From positions 1 to 38,800 of the forward strand of contig JBHIEG010000018.1 of assembly GCA_046760505.1 (NCBI GenBank): a DNA stretch of 38,800 bases, given 5' to 3'. A program made the position numbers and the translations under genes. Below are positions 1-7,220 of the stretch, piece after piece. The notes beneath the pieces were generated by a model, which worked only from the letters and a program-made list of their open reading frames with translations, was not told the DNA's origin and did no database searches. Within the stretch, counting starts at the first letter, position 1. Each line of letters opens with the position of its first letter. This DNA is from Candidatus Hydrothermarchaeota archaeon. Lineage in GTDB: Archaea > CAYFZR01.

Positions 1-53
1 CTCTCGTGGTAGTGCTTATAGTTTTAATGGTATGGCCATATGAGGAAAAATAA
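1..53 (+). CDS. Possible 3' end of a membrane-protein gene (…LVVVLIVLMVWPYEEK*), truncated by the window edge
   Basis: Frame starting at nt 3 reads a hydrophobic stretch plus charged tail to TAA at 51-53; too short to be sure. Confidence 0.35.
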   Translation, partial: LVVVLIVLMVWPYEEK

Positions 54-104
54 CAAATAGGTAATGATTTAAGTTATTTTGATCTATATAATTTGGGGAT
101 TATA

Positions 105-1424
105 ATGTTGGAGAGCATATTTCGTGCCAAATCTATTGCGGTGGTTGGCGCTTCAGAAGATCCAAGCAAGTTAGGCAATACATTGCTCAGGAATATAATC
201 GATGGAGGTTTTGAAGGAAAAATCTATCCTATAAACCCAAAAGCGGAGAGAATTTTGGGTTTGAAAGCATATAAAAACGTTTTGGAAATAGAAGAGGATA
301 TCGATCTAGCGGTTATAGTGGTACCAAATAAAATAGTCCCGAGCGTGATGGAAGATATAGGTAGAAAAGGCATCAAGGGCGCAATAGTGATATCCGGGGG
401 ATTTAGAGAAATAGGGGAAGATGAACTCGAGAAAAATGTTGTAGAAGTAGCAAAGAAGCATGGTGTTAGGGTACTTGGACCTAACTGCCAAGGTATAAAT
501 TACACATACAACAAAATGTGTGCATCATGGCCTTTGATAAAATCAGAAGGCCCTTTGGCTATTATTTCGCAGAGTGGGACCATAGGAGCCTCGTTCGCTA
601 TGTGGGCAGAAGAAGAAGGAATTGGAATATCTTCTTTTGTAAGTCTCGGAAACAAGTGTGATATTGATGAAACTGATTTGATTGAATTCTTTGCACAGGA
701 CGATAATACGAAAGCAATATCTTTGTACATCGAGGGGATAGAAGATGGTAAGAAGTTCATGGAAGTAGCAAGAAGGACAACAAAAAAGAAACCAGTAATC
801 ATATTAAAGCCAGGAAAGACAGAAAAAGGTAGAAAAGCCATTGAAACTCATACAAAATCAATCGTTGGAGAAGATGAAGTTTATGACGCGGCTTTTAGAC
901 AGGTGGGAGTTAAAAGGGTGGAAGATTTAACGCAATTGTATGACTTTTCAAAAGCTTTCGCCTTATTGAAAAAACCTAGAGGTAAGAATTTAGCAATCGT
1001 AACAAGTTCAGGGGGATCTGCAATTCTTGCAACCGATCTTGCCGAGAGACTCGGATTAAACGTAGTGGAAATATCCAAAGAAGCAAGAGATAAACTAAGA
1101 GAAATATTGCCGCCACATTGCATTGTAAGCAATCCTATTGATCTGACGGGAGATGCCAACGCAAACATGTACGAAGAGACTCTGGAGATATTAATAAATG
1201 AGGAAAACATAGATGCGTTCCTTGTTATATTTGGAGATCCGATAGAAAACGCCTGTGAAGTGATAAAAAGAATCAGAGAGAAAACAGATAAGGAGATAGT
1301 TGTTTGCTACTTAGGAGGAGGCGAGGTAGAAAAAGAAGAATCATTGAAGATGCACAAAGAAGGAATACCAGTCTTTCCCACTCCAGAAAGAGCCGTCCGA
1401 GTTATAAATGCCTTGGTAAGTTGA
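105..1424 (+). CDS. acdA: ADP-forming acetate/acyl-CoA ligase, alpha subunit
   Basis: CoA-binding start SIAVVGAS…K.G, GPNCQG, SQSG, SLGNKCD, phospho-His motif THTKS, NPIDLTGDA. ATG at 105 preferred over TTG at 93. Confidence 0.9.
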   Translation: MLESIFRAKSIAVVGASEDPSKLGNTLLRNIIDGGFEGKIYPINPKAERILGLKAYKNVLEIEEDIDLAVIVVPNKIVPSVMEDIGRKGIKGAIVISGGFREIGEDELEKNVVEVAKKHGVRVLGPNCQGINYTYNKMCASWPLIKSEGPLAIISQSGTIGASFAMWAEEEGIGISSFVSLGNKCDIDETDLIEFFAQDDNTKAISLYIEGIEDGKKFMEVARRTTKKKPVIILKPGKTEKGRKAIETHTKSIVGEDEVYDAAFRQVGVKRVEDLTQLYDFSKAFALLKKPRGKNLAIVTSSGGSAILATDLAERLGLNVVEISKEARDKLREILPPHCIVSNPIDLTGDANANMYEETLEILINEENIDAFLVIFGDPIENACEVIKRIREKTDKEIVVCYLGGGEVEKEESLKMHKEGIPVFPTPERAVRVINALVS

Positions 1425-1481
1425 GAATCAACATATTAAAGTCAATACATCTTAGAGAGATTGAGACATGCAGTGAGATGG

Positions 1482-2114
1482 ATGTTCGTATTAACTGAGC
1501 CGGAGGCAAAAAAACTCCTTTTAAAATACGGCATAAACGTCCCGGAATTTAAGCTGGCAAAGAATAAAGAAGAAGCTCTGAAAATAGGAAGAGAGCTGGG
1601 CTATCCCTTGGTAATGAAGATTGTATCACCAGATATCTTACATAAAAGCATTGCAAACTGCGTAAAGTTGAATCTGAAGAGCGAACAAGAAATAATCTGT
1701 GGTTTCGAGGAAATCATAAAAAATGCCAAAAAATATAAGGAAGATGCGAGGATAGACGGAGTTCTACTATACAAGATGGTGCCAGAAGGAGTAGAACTGA
1801 TTATAGGATCGATAAAAGATGAGGTTTTCGGACACGTTCTCATGTTCGGTCTGGGAGGCTCGGAAGTCGAGAAGAAGAGAGATATCTCAACGAGAATCCT
1901 ACCTGTTACAGTAGAAGATGTGCTAGAAATGATTGCTGAGATAAAAGGCTATGAAAAATTGAAGAAAGAAATAGAATTAGATGAAATCGTCGATACGATA
2001 ATCAAGGTATCAAAGATGATAGAGGAAAATCCAGATATCAAAGAATTAGACATTAATCCCCTAATAATTTCGGCTAACACTATTTACGCTGTAGACGCGA
2101 GGATTATAAAGTAG
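1482..2114 (+). CDS. acdB: ADP-forming acetate/acyl-CoA ligase, beta (ATP-grasp) subunit
   Basis: LTEPEAKKLL..YGI, GYPLVMKIVSPDILHKS, ELIIG…FG..LMFGLGG, ELDINPL…AVDARI; follows acdA. Confidence 0.88.
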   Translation: MFVLTEPEAKKLLLKYGINVPEFKLAKNKEEALKIGRELGYPLVMKIVSPDILHKSIANCVKLNLKSEQEIICGFEEIIKNAKKYKEDARIDGVLLYKMVPEGVELIIGSIKDEVFGHVLMFGLGGSEVEKKRDISTRILPVTVEDVLEMIAEIKGYEKLKKEIELDEIVDTIIKVSKMIEENPDIKELDINPLIISANTIYAVDARIIK

Positions 2115-2126
2115 AAATTGAAGGAA

Positions 2127-2498
2127 CTAACCTGTCAGATTCTTTTTCTCATATTTTGTGGGACATTTCACCAATATTTGACTCGCGGTCACATGAGTTT
2201 TGGAATCCAATATACCCGTAACGACAACCCTCTTACCTTCTCCTATGTCCACGGGGAGATCTCCCTTATAAGTTACGTTCAGGGAGGATTTTCCATCGGA
2301 GAGGGTGAATTTTAATGTCTTTGGAATCCAAGTTAATGTTCCCTCCAGAATGTCTCCAACTACTCTCACCTCATGGTTGAGGTATTTATCTGAGTTAGCA
2401 CTGACCTGAGAGACGGTTAAATAAAAGGTTCCCGTTGTTTTTGTTGTACATCCTGCAATAAACATTACTAAGATCGCACTAAGTAAGATTCTCTTCAT
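2127..2498 (-). CDS. ccmE: Cytochrome c maturation heme chaperone CcmE, CxxxY variant
   Basis: N-terminal hydrophobic anchor, VRVVG, F.LSDG, V.Y.G.LP…EG..VVV.G, C-terminal LVKCPTKY; ccm context. Confidence 0.9.
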   Translation of the reverse strand: MKRILLSAILVMFIAGCTTKTTGTFYLTVSQVSANSDKYLNHEVRVVGDILEGTLTWIPKTLKFTLSDGKSSLNVTYKGDLPVDIGEGKRVVVTGILDSKTHVTASQILVKCPTKYEKKNLTG

Positions 2499-2499
2499 T

Positions 2500-2628
2500 T
2501 TATCGCCTCTCGATTGATTTCATTTTTCTTTCAAGAGCCTTCATCCGCATATCCATCCAGAGAAGGTATAAAAAAAGTCCTGTCCAGATAAATACGCTTG
2601 CCATCAAAATGCCCACGAGAGTATCCAT
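2500..2628 (-). CDS. ccmD: Small single-TM CcmD-like protein, 42 aa (MDTLVGILMASVFIWTGLFLYLLWMDMRMKALERKMKSIERR); not in the ORF track
   Basis: Translated by hand. ATG directly follows the ccmC TGA, with GGAGGT SD 6 nt upstream; TM helix with IW..LF.Y and basic tail; lies between ccmC and ccmE. Confidence 0.75.
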   Translation of the reverse strand: MDTLVGILMASVFIWTGLFLYLLWMDMRMKALERKMKSIERR

Positions 2629-3135
2629 TCAAGTACCTCCAAATGTTGGTAGTTCTTGAGGGTGTAGAGCACTGAACTTCACAGACACATAGCTGATGAT
2701 TATGCATATAAATCCTAGGATGGCGAATACTGCAGTTATCCTTGCTCTCTTCTCCTCGTTAACTATTGCGGACCTGAGGGTAAGATACGCCGCATATACG
2801 AGCCAAAGAATTAGAGTGGTCGTTTGTCTAGGGTCCCAGTTCCAGAAAGCACCCCATCTCATCTTTGCCCATATTGCACCCGTAACTAGGGCAAGAGCAC
2901 CGAACAATAAGCCTAACTTTGCTGAAGAATGAGCAATATCATCTAACTTCACGTTTCTTTTCTTTAAATAGGAAGTACTCCCTACAAACGTTATTGTAAA
3001 GGCAAGATAAGATATCCATGCCATTGGTACGTGGAAATAAATCATTCTGTCTCTGTCATCCGCATTTGGAGAGTATACAAGTGCCAGATATAAGGCGAGG
3101 GATATAGCCAGCCATATTGCAACAATCTCCTTCAT
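2629..3135 (-). CDS. ccmC: Heme exporter/chaperone CcmC (short, 168 aa)
   Basis: YFHVPMAW His, WWD motif TGAIWAKMRWGAFWNWDPRQT, C-terminal LHP His. Confidence 0.9.
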   Translation of the reverse strand: MKEIVAIWLAISLALYLALVYSPNADDRDRMIYFHVPMAWISYLAFTITFVGSTSYLKKRNVKLDDIAHSSAKLGLLFGALALVTGAIWAKMRWGAFWNWDPRQTTTLILWLVYAAYLTLRSAIVNEEKRARITAVFAILGFICIIISYVSVKFSALHPQELPTFGGT

Positions 3136-3260
3136 GGAAGCACCTGTTTTTTGTGGTTTTTACGGAATTTATGAATGTTGATATACCTCTTTAAACTTTT
3201 TGCGTTTACTTTTATCGAAACCTTATTTTTTCTTTTATCAATGATCTTTCTGTAATTTTT

Positions 3261-3644
3261 CTATATTTTTCGAGGGATCCATATGCATGAACTTCCGTAT
3301 TTCAAACATTCTCGCGGTTTGGAATCTTTTATTAAACACTCACCCCTTAGATCTCCGTAATCCTTCAAAAACGGACATGTACTCCTCAGTTTGTTTGGAT
3401 TATTGGTGTTTCTATCTAGACGAATTATGTACTTCTCAACTTTATTCAAGTTCTCTAGAAATCTTTTGCAATCAATGTATCTGGATAGATTTTTCTGCTT
3501 ATCTTTCCATTCAACCTCAATGCATATATTTTCCAGGATCTCTCTCCTGTCCTCCTTTAACCATCTCTTCAGATCCTCTACATTTATTAGGTTATGTTCA
3601 CGCCAGTGTGCCCTACAACATGCTCCACAGTTTTTACAGATCAT
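3261..3644 (-). CDS. YkgJ-family cysteine-cluster (Zn/Fe-S chelating) protein
   Basis: CKNCGACC … CPFL … CLI…KPREC..Y pattern; start overlaps ccmB stop (ATGA). Confidence 0.75.
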   Translation of the reverse strand: MICKNCGACCRAHWREHNLINVEDLKRWLKEDRREILENICIEVEWKDKQKNLSRYIDCKRFLENLNKVEKYIIRLDRNTNNPNKLRSTCPFLKDYGDLRGECLIKDSKPRECLKYGSSCIWIPRKI

Positions 3645-4321
3645 TCTTCCACAACGTAATCGAAGACATATAGGGAGGTTAAAAACATCAATAAGATGTA
3701 GGAGAGGAGTATGATAAGTTCAATCTTTGTGTGCTCAATTCCGAAACCCATTATAGTTTTTTTGGAAGCGGAAACAGAAGGAATAACCACTGGTAACAAC
3801 AAGGGAAAAAGTACAACGGGAAGTAAAACTTCTCTCGCGCGAGCATCCATTACCAGACTCGCTATTATGGATCCAACAATCACAAATCCTATGATTCCGA
3901 TAAAAATATCGATGAATACCAAAAGTATATTGAAATCTATGTTCAGGTTGAACAAAACGATTGATAGCGGAAAAACGACTACCATCAAAACCAGCATGAT
4001 GAATAGATTGTAAAGCATCTTTCCAAGGAGAATTGACCTGTTTTTTATGGGGCTCAAGAGTAGCCCCTCAAGGGTTCCGGTTTCCTTCTCCCTTACAAAG
4101 GTTCTGTTTAAACTCAACGTGCCGGAAAAGAGAAGGATAACCCATATCAAAACGGGTACGAGATCTTTAATAAGGTTCACATATGTTCCCAGCGTATAAC
4201 TGAGAAGGGTGAGCACTATCAGGGCAAATATGAATACAGAACTGATTGTATGCTTTGCTCTCAGTTCCACTCTTACGTCCTTTGAAAAAATAGCCAGCCA
4301 ATCACTCATCTCATTCACCAA
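3641..4321 (-). CDS. ccmB: Heme exporter ABC permease CcmB
   Basis: KDVRVELR, F.REKETGTLEGLLLSP, ARAREVLLPVVLFPLLLP; about 6 TM segments. Confidence 0.9.
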   Translation of the reverse strand: MVNEMSDWLAIFSKDVRVELRAKHTISSVFIFALIVLTLLSYTLGTYVNLIKDLVPVLIWVILLFSGTLSLNRTFVREKETGTLEGLLLSPIKNRSILLGKMLYNLFIMLVLMVVVFPLSIVLFNLNIDFNILLVFIDIFIGIIGFVIVGSIIASLVMDARAREVLLPVVLFPLLLPVVIPSVSASKKTIMGFGIEHTKIELIILLSYILLMFLTSLYVFDYVVEE

Positions 4322-5027
4322 TTAAATTAAGAAAGACGTCTTCCAGAGAGTCCTTTATTTCTTCAATGTACTCCAGAAATATAACCTGACCTCTATTCAT
4401 TATTGCGACTCTATTACAAAGCGACTCTGCCTCACTTAGATGATGTGTTGTTAAAAAAACAGTTGTACCATCTTTATTTAGATGTTTAATTAGGGATCTA
4501 ATCTTTTTTGCACTAATTGGATCCAATCCCGAGGTTGGCTCATCCAAAAGAAGTATCTTGGGTTTATGAAGCAAGGCCTTTCCTATTGAAACTCTTTTTT
4601 TCATACCGCTAGAGAGAGTATACACCTTTTCATTTGCAAATTCTACCATGTCAACGATTTCTAAAACATCCCAAATTTTTTCTTCGTCATTTATTCCATA
4701 TAGTTTCATGTAAAAATCGAGATTTTCATAACTGGAGAGTTCTTCGTATAGAAATGCATTATGAGAAACGACGCCGATCATTGATTTAACCTCCTCTGGA
4801 TGGTCTATTACACTCTTTCTACCTACGTAAACATCTCCTTCAGTGGGTTTAAGCAGTGTAGAAATTATTTTTATAAGCGTAGTCTTTCCAGCCCCATTGG
4901 GTCCCAACAAACCAAAAAATTCTCCCTCTTTTACCGAAAAGGTCACTTTATTTAACGCTGTTACCTCGCCATACCTCTTAACGATGTTCCTGACATCTAT
5001 GTCAGCGGCAGGCATATCTTTAGACAT
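4311..5027 (-). CDS. ccmA: ABC ATPase, CcmA by context
   Basis: Walker A GPNGAGKT, signature LSSGM, Walker B LLLDEP, H-loop TTH; overlaps ccmB. Confidence 0.8.
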   Translation of the reverse strand: MSKDMPAADIDVRNIVKRYGEVTALNKVTFSVKEGEFFGLLGPNGAGKTTLIKIISTLLKPTEGDVYVGRKSVIDHPEEVKSMIGVVSHNAFLYEELSSYENLDFYMKLYGINDEEKIWDVLEIVDMVEFANEKVYTLSSGMKKRVSIGKALLHKPKILLLDEPTSGLDPISAKKIRSLIKHLNKDGTTVFLTTHHLSEAESLCNRVAIMNRGQVIFLEYIEEIKDSLEDVFLNLIGE

Positions 5028-5082
5028 ATCTTAAGAAACGTAATCCAATATATTTAAATCCATAAGAAGAGGCGAAGAGTAT

Positions 5083-5421
5083 CTAATAGTAATCTACATT
5101 ATCGATAAGAAAAACATTTTCCAAACTCGCTTCTTTTTCATTTGGCGAAAATCTTTTAGAATTTTTTTCTAGAATCTTGAATTGTTTGGTACTTATTTGG
5201 CAGGTATTTCTTGTTATATCCTCTAACAAGATTTTCGCCGCGCTTATCCTTGATGGTGTATCCAACACGTTGAAGGATAGAAAGGTTATTCCATCACTAT
5301 TTAATCTCGTGGTTTTTAATGTGAAGTCTACCACGTTGATGTCTTCCTTAATCAGTCTAGGTACTATGTTGTTCACCTCTTTAAGGTAGCAGCAGATCTC
5401 AACTTTCATCAGAATCTTCAT
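5083..5421 (-). CDS. Hypothetical protein, 112 aa
   Basis: ORF co-oriented upstream of ccmA; C-terminal EASLENVFL resembles ABC-ATPase tails. Confidence 0.55.
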   Translation of the reverse strand: MKILMKVEICCYLKEVNNIVPRLIKEDINVVDFTLKTTRLNSDGITFLSFNVLDTPSRISAAKILLEDITRNTCQISTKQFKILEKNSKRFSPNEKEASLENVFLIDNVDYY

Positions 5422-5583
5422 GTTACCACGATCTTAGGCGGTAATAATTATTTTGCCTTTTTTTAGTAAATTTAGTTTTCGTAAATGAAATAAACTTATA
5501 AAAGGGAGATATGAAAAAATAACAGTTTCTCAACAGATTTGCTTACACAAACTATATATAATCCACGGTATAAAATAAAAAAC

Positions 5584-5943
5584 ATGTCAGTGGAAAAATT
5601 AGCAGCCTCCATGAAGGGTTATCTATCCGAGGAAACTGCTACCGACTTCTTATTACTCAACAAAATCTTCAATGAACCTAGATTCAGGGCACTGAAGAAC
5701 AAGGCTATTGACAGGGTTTCCACCGTCTTGCTATCCGGAGCGAAGAATCACGAGTTGTTCTTCGACATAGTCGAGTGGGGCGTCCAAAATGGAGTTGCCT
5801 CAAAGCCAACATTTTCTAGGAGAAAAAACTTTTTGAAGGACCTTGGAATCATTGAAGAAGAGAAGGTAAAGACAGACTTCGGAAGACCGAGGATCAGACT
5901 CATCTTAAATGAAGACAAGTTTAGAGAGCATTTCAATCCTTAA
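5584..5943 (+). CDS. Stand-alone winged-HTH protein resembling the C-terminal domain of haloarchaeal TbsP/DUF5821 regulators
   Basis: LLSGAKNHELFFDIVEWGVQNGVASKPTFSRRKNFLKDLGIIEEEKVKTDFGRPRIRL matches the recalled TbsP C-terminal pattern (AKNE.L.YDIS.WGE..G.ASKATFSR.K..LE..G.I.TEKV..DVGRPRLRL). ATG 5584 lies about 25 nt after TATATATAA (5553-5561), so probably leaderless. Confidence 0.75.
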   Translation: MSVEKLAASMKGYLSEETATDFLLLNKIFNEPRFRALKNKAIDRVSTVLLSGAKNHELFFDIVEWGVQNGVASKPTFSRRKNFLKDLGIIEEEKVKTDFGRPRIRLILNEDKFREHFNP

Positions 5944-5993
5944 TCTTTCTTTTTCATTCCCACTTTATGAAAGTCAAAGACTAGGGACAACGT

Positions 5994-6737
5994 ATGATAA
6001 AACTTACTGAGGAAGAATCAAAATTAGTTGAAGAATTCGCCAACTGTTATGATGTAGTTAAGAACATGCCTAACTTTCTCTATGCCAAATATCAGCTTGG
6101 AAATCTCAAGGAAGAAACTGAAAAACTCGGAAAGGATATTGAATATCATCTTTCCAAGGGAAAAGATCCTAGAGAGATAGAAAAACTAATTTCAGGTACT
6201 ATAGAAGAGGTCGAAACGAGGAGGAAGGTTTTCGGCTTATATGAAGTCCTTCCTTACTTCAGAAGGAAGGAGATTGATTTTCTAACCAGACTTCACAAAA
6301 AAGCCTTGGATGTATCGATCTTAGTTGTATTGAATAGAGAGGGACTGCTAAAATTAAACAAGGAAAAAGAAGAATCAATTAAAAACAGAATATGGCTAGG
6401 CTTGGAGTTAAAGATGTTTGCCATGCTTGGAGGCGTCCAAATACCCGAGGAATCCTCATTACCCAATGAAATCATCGGAAAAATATCAGAAGAATGCGTA
6501 AAAACCCTATATTCGAAAATCAAGGAGGAAAGAGAAAAATATCTGAAGTACATTCTGAATGTACTAGATTTCAGGCATAAAGTAGCGTTATACGATTTGG
6601 ACCCAGATCTCTGGCGTTTTTTTGTTGTAATAGAGGCGGTTAGATTACTTGATGTTTCTGGAGAGTTCGTACACGACTTGATAGAATTATCGATATTACT
6701 CCAAAAACTGGAAAAAATCGAAGAAGAAATTAAATAA
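5994..6737 (+). CDS. Hypothetical all-helical protein, paralog 1
   Basis: 247-aa ORF; ungapped ~70% identity (174/247 by hand count) to 10762..11535. Confidence 0.85.
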   Translation: MIKLTEEESKLVEEFANCYDVVKNMPNFLYAKYQLGNLKEETEKLGKDIEYHLSKGKDPREIEKLISGTIEEVETRRKVFGLYEVLPYFRRKEIDFLTRLHKKALDVSILVVLNREGLLKLNKEKEESIKNRIWLGLELKMFAMLGGVQIPEESSLPNEIIGKISEECVKTLYSKIKEEREKYLKYILNVLDFRHKVALYDLDPDLWRFFVVIEAVRLLDVSGEFVHDLIELSILLQKLEKIEEEIK

Positions 6738-6769
6738 AATTTAGTTTTAGAGTTAAAAAAACATCTAAT

Positions 6770-6788
6770 TCGTTTTTTATTTTTTTCT
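6770..6788 (+). terminator. Oligo-T tract, probable archaeal terminator after paralog 1
   Basis: cgtttttttattttttct about 35 nt after the stop codon. Confidence 0.4.
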
Positions 6789-6868
6789 ACACTTTATTTC
6801 ATTTTAGTGAAATATATCTCAGATAAGTTTCATCTTTTTGTAACAAAGTGAATGGAGGGGGTTGGGAA

Positions 6869-7000
6869 ATGAAAACTAGAGTATTGAGTTTCTTTGCGGA
6901 AAGGCCAAGACTTGTCACATTCTTGGTATCCACTGTCGTGCTATTAAGCCTAAGCACGGTAGGACTTGCTGATCCTGCTGGTGGCGGTTGGGGACCATAG
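6869..7000 (+). CDS. Small secreted peptide precursor, 43 aa: MKTRVLSFFAERPRLVTFLVSTVVLLSLSTVGLA|DPAGGGWGP (DUF7503-like); not in the ORF track
   Basis: Translated by hand. SD GGAGGGGG at 6854-6861; basic n-region, hydrophobic h-region, G-L-A cleavage site, Gly-rich tail ending in GP. Confidence 0.8.
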   Translation: MKTRVLSFFAERPRLVTFLVSTVVLLSLSTVGLADPAGGGWGP

Positions 7001-7013
7001 ATCTATTGCCGCT

Positions 7014-7211
7014 CTACTCTATTTTTATTTTTGAAATTTCGCTCGCCCAGTAGAGTTTATTTCTGTATAAAACAGGCGCCGAATGCTTTACTTTATTCAT
7101 AATGTTTCTCAAGTCCTCTGGTGTTATTTCAAATTTCGCCTCGTTGAAGGCAAGGTAGGTGTTCTTGCTTTCTTCAAGATAGAGGTAGAAGCAGCCACCG
7201 ATACCTAACAT
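7014..7211 (-). CDS. C-terminal segment of the CHAT/caspase-like protein, in frame after an internal TGA
   Basis: Reads …AAG TGA CTA GGT GGC ATG… in the same frame as 7221..9056; PVLYRNKLYW resembles the recalled C-terminus of haloarchaeal homologs. Confidence 0.65.
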   Translation of the reverse strand: MLGIGGCFYLYLEESKNTYLAFNEAKFEITPEDLRNIMNKVKHSAPVLYRNKLYWASEISKIKIE

Positions 7212-7220
7212 GCCACCTAG

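Noticed and set aside
6795-6848. Short palindromes upstream of the peptide gene (ATTTCA-N-TGAAAT, TATCT-C-AGATA, TTTGT-A-ACAAA)
   Set aside because: Expected by chance in very AT-rich DNA and mutually inconsistent, so not called as operators
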